Source: Burkholderiaceae bacterium (GTDB lineage Bacteria > Pseudomonadota > Gammaproteobacteria > Burkholderiales > Burkholderiaceae_C). Taken from it: a stretch of 24,000 nt of DNA. The number at the start of each line of letters is the position of its first letter. Position 1 is the first letter of the stretch. A program made the translations under genes and the position numbers. The DNA lies in assembly GCA_046091865.1 (NCBI GenBank), contig JBJTCL010000057.1, positions 1 to 24,000 on the forward strand, given 5' to 3'. Positions 1-8,337 of the stretch are shown piece after piece. The notes beneath the pieces are model-generated. The model saw only the letters and a program-made list of their open reading frames with translations. It was not told the origin of the DNA and made no database searches.

Positions 1-660
1 GTGTACGAGACGCTGGAGGCCGACGGCGAGCCGATGCGCGCCGGCCGGGTGCTGTCGACCGAGTTCGTCAACAACGGCAAGACCTATCAGGCGATGTGGT
101 TCCAGGAGCCGGGTAAGAAGGGCGCCTACTACGGCCTGGACGGCAAGACGATGCAGAGTGCCTACCTAGCCTCGCCCATGCAGTTCTCGCGCGTGACCAG
201 CGGCTTTGCCATGCGCTTTCATCCGGTGCACCAGACCTGGCGCGCGCACCTGGGCGTGGACTACGGCGCGCCGGTGGGCACGCCGGTGCGCTCCGTGGGC
301 GACGGCGTGGTCGAGTTCGCTGGTGTGCAGGGTGGCTTCGGCAACGTGGTCTTCATCCGCCACAACGGCAGTGACACCACCGTCTACGCGCACCTGAGTC
401 GCATCGACGTGCGCAAGGGGCAGACCGTGACCCAGGGCCAGCGCGTGGGCGCGGTCGGCGCGACCGGCTGGGCCACTGGCCCGCACCTGCACTTCGAGTT
501 CCGCGTCAACGGCCGCCATCAGGATCCGATGACGATCGCCCGCCAGGCCGAGGCGGTGCCCGTGTCGGCCGCCGCGCGCCCGGCCTTTGAAGAAGCCGCA
601 CGCGGCCAGCGCATGGCCTTGGGCGCGGCCGCCAGCGTGCAGGTGGCGTCGGTCGAGTGA
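1..660 (+). CDS. M23 family metallopeptidase (LytM-type), C-terminal part. The 5' end is cut by the window edge.
   Basis: The ORF runs from position 1 in frame. It carries the M23 catalytic motifs HLGVDYGAP (HxxxD) and GPHLHFE (HxH). The gtg at position 1 is not a real start. Confidence 0.85.
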   Translation: MYETLEADGEPMRAGRVLSTEFVNNGKTYQAMWFQEPGKKGAYYGLDGKTMQSAYLASPMQFSRVTSGFAMRFHPVHQTWRAHLGVDYGAPVGTPVRSVGDGVVEFAGVQGGFGNVVFIRHNGSDTTVYAHLSRIDVRKGQTVTQGQRVGAVGATGWATGPHLHFEFRVNGRHQDPMTIARQAEAVPVSAAARPAFEEAARGQRMALGAAASVQVASVE

Positions 661-719
661 ACGCTCGCGCCGCACGCCGCTGTTCCCCCCTCTTCGTTTC
701 GTAGCTGCATCGCCGTCCC

Positions 720-1838
720 ATGACGGAGCGCTTCATCGGCCTGATGTCCGGCACCTCGCTGGACGGCATTGACGGCGTGATCGCGCAGTTCGACGGCGGC
801 GCGCCGCAAGTGCTGGCGCACGCCTCGCAACCCTTTGATGGGGCGCTGCGCGCCGAGCTGATGGCGCTCAACCGCAGCGGCGCAGACGAACTGCACCGCG
901 CCGCGCTGGCAGCCAACGCGCTGGCCCGCGGCTATGCGCAGGTGGTGCGGCGTCTGCTGCAAGGCACCGGCCTGCAGGCCGCCGACATCCGCGCCATCGG
1001 TGCACACGGCCAGACGGTGCGGCATCAGCCCGGCCTGCACGACGGCACCGGCTACACCGTGCAGCTCAGTGCGCCGGCACTGCTGGCCGAGCTAAGCGGC
1101 ATCTGCGTGGTGGCCGACTTCCGCAGCCGCGACGTGGCCGCAGGCGGCCAGGGCGCGCCGCTGGCGCCCTTCTTCCACCGCGCGTTCTTCGGTCAGCGCG
1201 ATCGCAGTGTGGGCGTGCTGAACCTGGGCGGCATCGCCAACCTGACGGTGCTGGCGCCGCAGGCATCACCGTCACCGCTGATCGGCTTTGACTGCGGCCC
1301 GGCGAATGCGCTGATGGACCTGTGGTGCGAGCGCCATACCGGAGCGGCCTTGGATGCCGACGGCGCCTGGGCTGCATCCGGCAAAGTGAGCGACCGCTTA
1401 CTGGCAAGCTTCATGGCTGAGCCGTTCTTTGCGCAGCACCCCCCCAAAAGCACGGGTCGCGACCTGTTTCATGCCACCTGGCTGGACGGGCACTTGCAGG
1501 CCCACACGGGCCTTGCCCCACAGGATGTGCAGGCCACGCTGGCTGAATTGACAGCCCGCGCCTGCGCTGCCGACCTGCGGCGCGAAGCACCGGCGGCAAG
1601 CGAACTGGTGGTGTGCGGCGGCGGCGCCCTCAACGGGCACCTGATGCGGCGGCTGCAGGCGGCCTTGCCAGGGGTGCAGGTGGCGTCGTCGCAGCAGCGC
1701 GGCCTGCCGCCCCTGCAGGTGGAGGCCGCCGCCTTTGCCTGGCTGGCGCGTCAGGCGCTGCACGGCGAGGCGCTGGACCTGAAAAGCACCACGGGCGCCC
1801 GAGGCGCCCGTGTGCTGGGTGCGGTATATCCCGCCTGA
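720..1838 (+). CDS. anmK: anhydro-N-acetylmuramic acid kinase
   Basis: 372 aa. The N-terminus RFIGLMSGTSLDGIDGV matches the AnmK signature (E. coli GRFIGVMSGTSLDGVDV). Length and ATG start are typical. Confidence 0.9.
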   Translation: MTERFIGLMSGTSLDGIDGVIAQFDGGAPQVLAHASQPFDGALRAELMALNRSGADELHRAALAANALARGYAQVVRRLLQGTGLQAADIRAIGAHGQTVRHQPGLHDGTGYTVQLSAPALLAELSGICVVADFRSRDVAAGGQGAPLAPFFHRAFFGQRDRSVGVLNLGGIANLTVLAPQASPSPLIGFDCGPANALMDLWCERHTGAALDADGAWAASGKVSDRLLASFMAEPFFAQHPPKSTGRDLFHATWLDGHLQAHTGLAPQDVQATLAELTARACAADLRREAPAASELVVCGGGALNGHLMRRLQAALPGVQVASSQQRGLPPLQVEAAAFAWLARQALHGEALDLKSTTGARGARVLGAVYPA

Positions 1839-1844
1839 GCCGGT

Positions 1845-2210
1845 TCAGACCGAGAAGCTCGATCCGCAGCCGCAGGTGGTGGTGGCGTTCGGGTTCTTGA
1901 TCACGAACTGCGCGCCCTGCAAATCCTCTTTGTAGTCGATCTCGGCGCCCACCAGGTACTGGTAGCTCATCGCGTCGATCAGCAGCGACACACCGTTCTT
2001 GGTCATCACCGTGTCGTCGTCGTTGGCGATCTCGTCGAAGGTGAATCCGTACTGGAAACCCGAGCAGCCGCCGCCCTGCACGAACACGCGCAGCTTGAGC
2101 TCGGGGTTGCCCTCTTCGGCGATCAGGTCGGCCACCTTGGCGGCTGCGCTGTCGGTAAAGACCAGCGGGTCGGGCATCTGGGTGGGTACGGCTTCAGCGA
2201 CAGCGCTCAT
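1845..2210 (-). CDS. erpA: iron-sulfur cluster insertion protein ErpA (A-type carrier)
   Basis: 121 aa. It ends in CGCGSSFSV, with the third Cys ligand in GGGCSGFQY. An AGGAG Shine-Dalgarno (SD) sequence precedes the ATG at 2210. Confidence 0.9.
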   Translation of the reverse strand: MSAVAEAVPTQMPDPLVFTDSAAAKVADLIAEEGNPELKLRVFVQGGGCSGFQYGFTFDEIANDDDTVMTKNGVSLLIDAMSYQYLVGAEIDYKEDLQGAQFVIKNPNATTTCGCGSSFSV

Positions 2211-2266
2211 GGCGTGGCTCCTTGCAACGGGCTTGAATGGTACAGCGATTCGCTCGGGAATCGCAT

Positions 2267-2656
2267 TCAGCGGTTGTTAGCCGCCAGTGTGAGCAGGGGC
2301 TTTTCGGCGTTGGACGGCTGCATCTGCCCTGAGATGAGGGCGCCCTGGTGCATTTCGAGGGCTGCGTAGTGCACATCGCCCTCGATGCGCGCCTTGGGCT
2401 GCAACTCCAGCAGGCTGCGGCTGTACACCGGCCCGACCACCCGGCCATTAACGATCACATGGTCGGCGTGGATCTCGCCCTGCACCGTGGCCGATTCGGA
2501 GATCACCAGCAGGCTGGGGCGCTCGGTGCTGGCGTGGATGTGGCCCACCACCGTACCGTCCACCCGCAGGCCGTCCTCAAAGCTCAGGTTGCCGTCGATG
2601 CGGCTGCCCGGGCCGATCAGGCTCTTGATGGCGGGCTGGGACTTCTTGCCGAACAT
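2267..2656 (-). CDS. bactofilin family polymer-forming cytoskeletal protein (CcmA-like)
   Basis: 129 aa with the repetitive beta-helix pattern typical of bactofilins ([21 protein letters not shown] ... [18 protein letters not shown] ... ARIEGDV). A GGAGG SD lies 5 nt after the upstream stop codon. Confidence 0.85.
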   Translation of the reverse strand: MFGKKSQPAIKSLIGPGSRIDGNLSFEDGLRVDGTVVGHIHASTERPSLLVISESATVQGEIHADHVIVNGRVVGPVYSRSLLELQPKARIEGDVHYAALEMHQGALISGQMQPSNAEKPLLTLAANNR

Positions 2657-2668
2657 GGGAACCTCCAG

Positions 2669-3379
2669 TCATCCAAGGCGGATGGTTTGCACTGCGCGGG
2701 TGGCGCTGCCGTCGAGCACGCGCACCGTCAGGTTTTTTACCACGACCTGCGGCGGCAGGTCGACCACGCCGTCCAGGCGTCGGTACTGGCGCAGGGCCAG
2801 CGCCTGCGGCCCGGCCGGCAGCGTCTGCGTCCAGGCTTTGCCGCCCTGGGTGCCGGCCAGCACCAGTTCGAGCCGTCCGTTGAACTCGGCCGGATTGCGC
2901 GCCGACTGCATCACCAGCACCTGCCAGCGCAGCTGCTGCGGCGTCACCATCTCGGCCTGCAGGCCGCGCACGGCCACCGCTTCGTTGCCCGCGGCCGGAA
3001 TGAGCCGCTCAAAAAAGCCCAGGTCATCGCGCAGCGCGCGGTTCTCGTCCTGCAGCTGGCGAACCTGCGCGGCCAGCTTGTCCTGCGCGGCCTTCTCCAT
3101 GGTGAGCAGGCTGGTGGCGGTGTCGGCCTGTGAACGCGCCGGGTCGCGCTCGGCGCGCAAGCTGGCCACCTGCGCCTGCACCCGCGCCAGCTCCTCGCGC
3201 GCACCGTCGTCGATGCCCGCCAGGTCCTTGCCGAGCTCGAACGCCCACAGCGCGATCGCCGCGCAAAACCCCAGCACCAGCGCCATCACCACCCAGCGCA
3301 GTGGCCACGGCAGCGCACTGCGCACGGCCATGCGCGGCGCGCTGATGGTGAGCCGGCGGCGCAAAAGCTTCAGGCGCAT
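2669..3379 (-). CDS. hypothetical single-pass membrane protein with a coiled coil (possibly DUF6776-like), translationally coupled to the bactofilin gene
   Basis: 236 aa. It has a basic N-terminus, one hydrophobic helix (WVVMALVLGFCAAIALWAF), a heptad-like coiled-coil stretch (ELARVQAQVASLRAE ... QVRQLQDENRALRDDL) and a beta-rich C-terminal domain. There is no clear SD, so the start is uncertain (alternative Met17). Confidence 0.6.
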   Translation of the reverse strand: MRLKLLRRRLTISAPRMAVRSALPWPLRWVVMALVLGFCAAIALWAFELGKDLAGIDDGAREELARVQAQVASLRAERDPARSQADTATSLLTMEKAAQDKLAAQVRQLQDENRALRDDLGFFERLIPAAGNEAVAVRGLQAEMVTPQQLRWQVLVMQSARNPAEFNGRLELVLAGTQGGKAWTQTLPAGPQALALRQYRRLDGVVDLPPQVVVKNLTVRVLDGSATRAVQTIRLG

Positions 3380-3423
3380 GCGGGTGCCCAGTGAGCGGTG
3401 TGCAAAGCGACAACCCGCGGCGC

Positions 3424-3454
3424 AGAAAAAGCAAAACCGCCCCGAAGGGCGGCC
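3424..3454 (-). terminator. Rho-independent terminator downstream of rpsI
   Basis: The minus strand reads GGCCGCCC-TTCG-GGGCGG followed by TTTTGCTTTTT. The stem is 3437-3442/3447-3452 and the loop is 3443-3446. Confidence 0.7.
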
Positions 3455-3584
3455 TTGGCGTCAGTGCACCACAAGGGATGGCAGCTGCGTCGCGAGAGGC
3501 CGGTAGGCAAGGCGCAAACCACAGCAAGGCTGGACGCCTTGCGAGGATTTGCAACGCAGCATACTGGCCTCGCAGCAGCAGATG

Positions 3585-3977
3585 TCAGCGCTTGGAGAAC
3601 TGCTTGCGGCGGCGTGCAGAGTGCAAACCGACCTTCTTGCGCTCCACCTCGCGGGCGTCGCGGGTGACGAAACCGGCGGCGCTGAGTGCGGGCTTGAGGT
3701 TCGCGTCGTAGTCGATCAGCGCGCGGGTGATGCCGTGGCGGGTAGCGCCGGCCTGGCCGGATTCACCGCCGCCGTGCACGTTGACCTGGATGTCGAAGGT
3801 TTCGGCATGGTTGGTCAGCACCAGCGGTTGCTTGGCGATCATGATCGAGGTCTCGCGGCCAAAGTACTCCTGGATGTCTTTGCCGTTGACCGTGATCTTG
3901 CCCGAGCCCTTTTTCAGGAACACACGCGCGACGCTGGATTTGCGACGGCCGGTTCCGTTGTTCCATTCACCAATCAT
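3585..3977 (-). CDS. rpsI: 30S ribosomal protein S9
   Basis: 130 aa. Conserved S9 sequence throughout ([14 protein letters not shown] ... [10 protein letters not shown] ... [24 protein letters not shown]). Confidence 0.95.
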   Translation of the reverse strand: MIGEWNNGTGRRKSSVARVFLKKGSGKITVNGKDIQEYFGRETSIMIAKQPLVLTNHAETFDIQVNVHGGGESGQAGATRHGITRALIDYDANLKPALSAAGFVTRDAREVERKKVGLHSARRRKQFSKR

Positions 3978-3988
3978 CGTGTGGCTCC

Positions 3989-4420
3989 TCAGATGTCCAG
4001 CGGCTTGGGCTGCTGCGCGGTGTGCGGATGCTCTGCGCCGCCGTACACCTTGAGCTTCTTGATCATGGCGTAGCCCAACGGGCCCTTGGGCAGCATGCCC
4101 TTGACCGCCTTCTCGAGCGCGCGGCCGGGGTGCTTGGCCTGCATGTCGCGGAAGTTGGTGGCGGTGATGCCGCCCGGGAAACCCGAGTGGCGGTAGTACA
4201 TCTTGTCGAGCGGCTTGGCGCCGGTGACGCGCAGCTTGGCTGCGTTGACGACGACGATGAAGTCGCCCGTGTCGACGTGAGGCGTGTAAATGGCCTTGTG
4301 CTTGCCGCGCAGACGGAGGGCAACTTCGCTGGCTACCCGTCCGAGGACCTTGTCGGTCGCGTCAATCACAAACCACTCGTGCGTCACGTCAGCGGGTTTC
4401 GCGCTGAACGTTTTGGTCAT
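3989..4420 (-). CDS. rplM: 50S ribosomal protein L13
   Basis: The conserved L13 N-terminus [21 protein letters not shown] starts at the internal ATG at 4420, preceded by an AGGAAA SD. The 48-codon upstream extension of the ORF (to 4564) is not L13-like. Confidence 0.93.
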   Translation of the reverse strand: MTKTFSAKPADVTHEWFVIDATDKVLGRVASEVALRLRGKHKAIYTPHVDTGDFIVVVNAAKLRVTGAKPLDKMYYRHSGFPGGITATNFRDMQAKHPGRALEKAVKGMLPKGPLGYAMIKKLKVYGGAEHPHTAQQPKPLDI

Positions 4421-4541
4421 GAGTTTTCCTGGTTTGGCGGGCCCTATTCCACGGTCGGTGCGCCTCTTGTGGGCGCCTCTTAGGTGGTGAACTGAAGCTT
4501 CGCCGCGGAGCCACAAAAACGCTGCGAAGCCTGCGATTATA
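4421..4541 (-). promoter_or_regulatory. putative rplM-rpsI promoter (-10) and structured 5' leader
   Basis: A minus-strand TATAAT lies at 4536-4541, giving a leader of about 110 nt. The leader contains a 7-bp stem (4497-4503/4524-4530) and two direct repeats (4460-4472 and 4473-4487). No good -35 is visible. Confidence 0.35.
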
Positions 4542-4595
4542 CGAAAAACCCGCCTTTCACCCACCCCGGGGCCCGGCTGCGGCTACCATGGCCCC

Positions 4596-5468
4596 ATGTT
4601 CAGTTACCGCCATGCCTTCCATGCCGGCAACCATGCCGACGCGCTCAAGCACACCGCGTGGATCGCGATGCTGCGCTACCTCACGCAAAAGGACGCGGCA
4701 CTGACGGTGCTGGACACCCATGCCGGCGCCGGCCTGTACCGGCTCGATGGCGAGCAGGCCCGCACCAGCGGCGAGGCGGCCGACGGTGTGCTGCGGCTGC
4801 TGGCCCTGCCCGAGCCCGAGGCGGCCACGCTGGCCCCGGCGCTGGCCGACTATCTGGGCGTGGTGCGCAGCTTCCAGCGCGGCAAGGGCCACAAGACCTA
4901 CCCCGGATCGCCCTTCATCGCCCACGGGCTGCTGCGCGAGCACGACCGCATCAAGCTGTTTGAGCTGCACCCCACCGACTCGCGCAACCTCAAGAGCAAT
5001 GTGACGGCGCTGGACGCCGGGCGGCAGGTGGCGGTGCTGGTGGAAGACGGTTTTGAGCATTACAAGAAGTTCCTGCCGCCGCCTTCGCGCCGCGCGCTGG
5101 TGCTGATCGACCCGAGCTACGAGCTCAAGAGCGACTACGCGCGGGTGCAGGCACTGCTGGCCGATGCGCTCAAGCGCTTTCCCACCGGCACCTATGCGGT
5201 ATGGCACCCGATCATCCCGCGCCCCGAGGCGCACGACCTGCCCAAGCGCCTGCGTACCCTGGCCACCAAGGCGCAGCGGCCCTGGCTGTGGGCCAGCCTG
5301 ACGGTGAAGTCCGGCAAGCGCGCCCAGGGGCTGCCGGCCAGCGGCCTGTTTGTGATCAATCCGCCGCACACCCTGGACGCCGCGCTGCGCCCGGCGCTGC
5401 CGCAGATGGCGCAGTGGCTGGCGCAGGACGACACCGCCGCCTGGCATCTGGAATCCGGCGGCGGCTGA
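4596..5468 (+). CDS. rlmJ: 23S rRNA (adenine2030-N6)-methyltransferase RlmJ
   Basis: 290 aa. MFSYRHAFHAGNHADALKHT ... YPGSP ... LIDPSYE ... VINPP is collinear with E. coli RlmJ/YhiR (MLSYRHSFHAGNHADVLKHT ... LIDPPYE ... VINPP). Confidence 0.88.
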   Translation: MFSYRHAFHAGNHADALKHTAWIAMLRYLTQKDAALTVLDTHAGAGLYRLDGEQARTSGEAADGVLRLLALPEPEAATLAPALADYLGVVRSFQRGKGHKTYPGSPFIAHGLLREHDRIKLFELHPTDSRNLKSNVTALDAGRQVAVLVEDGFEHYKKFLPPPSRRALVLIDPSYELKSDYARVQALLADALKRFPTGTYAVWHPIIPRPEAHDLPKRLRTLATKAQRPWLWASLTVKSGKRAQGLPASGLFVINPPHTLDAALRPALPQMAQWLAQDDTAAWHLESGGG

Positions 5469-5491
5469 ACCGGAGCTTCAAGCGGGAAAAA

Positions 5492-5528
5492 AATTAACCG
5501 ACCGCCCGGTCGGTTAATTGGGTATACT
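5492..5528 (+). promoter_or_regulatory. perfect 13-2-13 inverted repeat (candidate paa repressor operator) followed by the -10 element of the paaABCDE promoter
   Basis: AATTAACCGACCG (5492-5504), cc, CGGTCGGTTAATT (5507-5519), then TATACT at 5523-5528. An AGGAGA SD lies at 5547-5552 and the paaA ATG at 5558. This is the only AT-rich patch in the region. Confidence 0.5.
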
Positions 5529-5557
5529 GCGCGCATTGCCAGCAGCAGGAGACCCGC

Positions 5558-6577
5558 ATGTACACCCAGGCGATGGACATTCCCGATAGCCAGCAGCCGG
5601 CGCTCAAGGCCGTGCCGCAGGACATCCGCGCAGCCGAAGCCGGACTGCAACAGCGCTTTGACGAGCGCATCGACGCCGACGGCCGCATCGAGCCGCAAGA
5701 CTGGATGCCCGACGCGTACCGCAAGACGCTGGTGCGCCAGATCAGCCAGCATGCGCACAGCGAAATCGTCGGCATGCTGCCCGAGGGCAACTGGATCAGC
5801 CGCGCGCCCAGCCTCAAGCGCAAGGCCATCCTGATCGCCAAGGTGCAGGACGAAGGCGGCCATGGCCTGTACCTGTACAGCGCCGCCGAAACGCTGGGCA
5901 CCAGCCGCGACCAGATGGTCGATGCGCTGCACACCAGCAAAGCCAAGTACAGCTCCATCTTCAACTACCCCACGCTCAACTGGGCGGATGTGGGCGTGAT
6001 CGGCTGGCTGGTGGACGGCGCGGCCATCATGAACCAGATCCCGCTGTGCCGCTGCAGCTACGGGCCCTATGCCCGCGCCATGATCCGCGTGTGCAAGGAA
6101 GAAAGCTTCCATCAGCGCCAGGGCTACGAGGCCCTGCTAGTGATGATGAAGGGCACACAGGCGCAGCGCGACATGGTGCAGGACGCGGTGAACCGCTGGT
6201 GGTGGAAGTGCCTGGCGATGTTCGGACCACCCGACGCCGACAGCCCCAACAGCGCGCAGGGCATGCGCTGGGGCATCAAGCGCATCAGCAACGACGAGCT
6301 GCGCCAGAAGTTCGTCGACGCCACCGTGCCGCAGGCGCAGGTGCTGGGCGTCACGCTACCCGACCCCGACCTGAAGTGGAACGAGGCGCGCGGTCACTGG
6401 GACTTTGGTGCGATCGACTGGGACGAGTTCTGGGACACGGTCAACGGCAACGGCCCGTGCAACCAGGAGCGCCTGGCCACCCGCGTGAAGGCCTGGAACG
6501 ACGGCGAATGGCTGCGCCACGGCGCGCTGGCCCACAAAGCCAAGCAGCGCGCACGCACGATGAAGGAGGCCGCATGA
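5558..6577 (+). CDS. paaA: 1,2-phenylacetyl-CoA epoxidase subunit PaaA (di-iron oxygenase)
   Basis: 339 aa. It has PaaA-type di-iron ligand regions (HAHSEIVG ... QDEGGHG ... [11 protein letters not shown]) and is the first gene of a paaABCDE series. Confidence 0.93.
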   Translation: MYTQAMDIPDSQQPALKAVPQDIRAAEAGLQQRFDERIDADGRIEPQDWMPDAYRKTLVRQISQHAHSEIVGMLPEGNWISRAPSLKRKAILIAKVQDEGGHGLYLYSAAETLGTSRDQMVDALHTSKAKYSSIFNYPTLNWADVGVIGWLVDGAAIMNQIPLCRCSYGPYARAMIRVCKEESFHQRQGYEALLVMMKGTQAQRDMVQDAVNRWWWKCLAMFGPPDADSPNSAQGMRWGIKRISNDELRQKFVDATVPQAQVLGVTLPDPDLKWNEARGHWDFGAIDWDEFWDTVNGNGPCNQERLATRVKAWNDGEWLRHGALAHKAKQRARTMKEAA

Positions 6578-6885
6578 GCACGGACCACACCAAGGCACCG
6601 GCCCTCAAGGAGTGGCCGCTGTGGGAAGTCTTCATCCGCAGCAAGCAGGGCCTGGAGCACAAGCACTGCGGTAGCCTACACGCCGCCGATGCGCGCCAGG
6701 CGCTGCAGATGGCGCGCGACGTGTACACCCGCCGCCAGGAAGGCGTGAGCATCTGGGTGGTGCCGTCGGCGCAGATCACCGCCAGCGAGCCGGATGACAA
6801 GGCCGAATTCTTCGAGCCCATGGGCGACAAGATCTACCGCCACCCGACCTTCTACGAGATCCCCGACGAAGTGGGGCACATGTGA
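6574..6885 (+). CDS. paaB: 1,2-phenylacetyl-CoA epoxidase subunit PaaB
   Basis: 103 aa from an internal ATG that overlaps the paaA stop (ATGA). WPLWEVFIR ... HCGSLHA ... DVYTRR ... IWVV is typical of PaaB. The longer ORF from 6046 runs out of frame through paaA. Confidence 0.92.
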   Translation: MSTDHTKAPALKEWPLWEVFIRSKQGLEHKHCGSLHAADARQALQMARDVYTRRQEGVSIWVVPSAQITASEPDDKAEFFEPMGDKIYRHPTFYEIPDEVGHM

Positions 6886-7703
6886 TGGGCGCCGCAACCA
6901 TCGACCGCCCGGTGGCGGCGCAGGTGCCGGCCAGCTACCTTTTGCATCTCGCCGACAACGCGCTGGTGCTCGGTCAGCGCAACGCCGAGTGGTGCGGCCA
7001 TGGGCCCATCCTCGAAGAAGACATCGCCATGGCCAACGTGAGCCTGGACCTGATCGGCCAGGCGCGCCTGCTTTATCAAGAGGTAGCCCAGCGCATCGGC
7101 GGTGAGGTCACCGAAGACACGCTGGCCTACTTTCGCGACGCGCCCGAGTTCCGCAACTACACGCTGGTGGAACTGCCGCACCGCATCGGCCTGGTGGGCT
7201 ATGCGCAAAGCGATCTTGACTATTCGGTGACGCTGGTGCGCAACTTCCTGTACGGCACGTTGATGGTGCTGGTGTGGGACGCGCTGCAGCGTTCACGCGA
7301 CGAGGCGCTGGCCGCCATCGCCGCCAAGTCGCTCAAGGAAGCCAGCTACCACCTGCGCCATGCGCGCGACTGGCTGGTGCGTCTGGGTGACGGCAGCGAC
7401 GAGTCGCATGGGCGCATGCAGGCGGCACTGGATCATTTGATGCCCTACACCGACGAGTTCTGGTCTGACAGCGCGCTGGAAACCGACGCGCTGCAAAGCG
7501 GTGCCGGCGTGGATGTGCGCAGCCTGCGCGAGCGCTGGGACGCGATCGTCGACGACGCGCTGGCCGAGGCGACGCTGCAGCGTCCGGCCGCGCAGCGCCA
7601 CTACATCACCCAGGGCAAGAGCGGCATCCATTCCGAGCATCTGAGCTTCCTGCTGGCCGAGATGCAGAGCCTGGCGCGCGCCCACCCCGGCGCCACCTGG
7701 TGA
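6885..7703 (+). CDS. paaC: 1,2-phenylacetyl-CoA epoxidase subunit PaaC
   Basis: About 272 aa. It has PaaC-like helices (LLHLADNALVLGQR ... WCGHGPILEEDIA ... NVSLDLIGQAR). The ATG at 6885 overlaps the paaB stop (TGATG); a GTG at 6882 is an alternative start. Confidence 0.88.
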   Translation: MGAATIDRPVAAQVPASYLLHLADNALVLGQRNAEWCGHGPILEEDIAMANVSLDLIGQARLLYQEVAQRIGGEVTEDTLAYFRDAPEFRNYTLVELPHRIGLVGYAQSDLDYSVTLVRNFLYGTLMVLVWDALQRSRDEALAAIAAKSLKEASYHLRHARDWLVRLGDGSDESHGRMQAALDHLMPYTDEFWSDSALETDALQSGAGVDVRSLRERWDAIVDDALAEATLQRPAAQRHYITQGKSGIHSEHLSFLLAEMQSLARAHPGATW

Positions 7704-7706
7704 TCG

Positions 7707-8291
7707 ATGGACACCGCCGTTCGCTCGCCGCTGGCCCAGCGCGCCTGGGACCTGCTCGAGGCCGTGCCCGACCCGGAGATTCCGGTGGTGTCGATCCGCG
7801 AGCTCGGCATCCTGCGCGACGTGCGCGAACTGCCCGGCCCCGCCGATGCGGTGGAGGTGGTGATCACGCCCACCTACAACGGCTGCCCGGCGATGGAGCA
7901 GATCGCCGATGACGTACGCGCCGCATTGGCGGTGCAAGGCATCACCGGCCGCGTGGTGACGCAGCTGGCGCCCGCGTGGACGACCGACTGGATCGGCCCG
8001 CAGGCACGCGAGAAGCTGCGCCAATACGGCATCGCGCCGCCGCAGCCCACCGCGTGCGCCAGCGGTGCAGCATCGGGCGGTGCGAGCGAGGCCAGTGGCG
8101 CCTTCCGCGGCGCCAGCGCGCAGGTGCTGCAGTTCGCGCCGCGCCGCGCAGTGCGCGCCACGCCGATTGCCTGCCCGCGCTGCGGCTCGCACAACACCAC
8201 CGAGACCTCGCACTTCGGTTCCACCGCCTGCAAGTCGCTGATGCGCTGCCTGGACTGCCTGGAACCGTTCGACTATTTCAAGCCGTACTGA
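7707..8291 (+). CDS. paaD: 1,2-phenylacetyl-CoA epoxidase subunit PaaD
   Basis: 194 aa. The N-terminal domain is DUF59-like (VPDPEIPVVSIRELGILRDV ... ITPTYNGCPA). The C-terminus has a Cys cluster (CPRCGS ... FGSTACKSLMRCLDCLEPFDYFK). An Ala/Ser/Gly-rich linker makes it longer than the E. coli protein. Confidence 0.85.
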   Translation: MDTAVRSPLAQRAWDLLEAVPDPEIPVVSIRELGILRDVRELPGPADAVEVVITPTYNGCPAMEQIADDVRAALAVQGITGRVVTQLAPAWTTDWIGPQAREKLRQYGIAPPQPTACASGAASGGASEASGAFRGASAQVLQFAPRRAVRATPIACPRCGSHNTTETSHFGSTACKSLMRCLDCLEPFDYFKPY

Positions 8292-8337
8292 GGCATCTGC
8301 CCTGAGCCATCTGTACCGAACCCGCACCGAGACCGCC

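Noticed and set aside
3989-4564. N-terminal extensions in the ORF track for rplM (to 4564), ahcY (to 13814) and prfC (from 13875).
   Set aside because: The conserved protein N-termini begin at internal ATGs (4420, 13631, 13935). The ahcY extension would translate through the SAH riboswitch, and the rplM extension through its leader.
5492-5519. The paa palindrome read as a minus-strand intrinsic terminator (hairpin followed by TTTTTTT on the minus strand).
   Set aside because: No minus-strand gene ends upstream of it, because paaA is on the plus strand. The position overlapping the paaA -10 fits an operator better. A role in terminating rlmJ (plus strand) cannot be excluded, but there is no plus-strand T-run.
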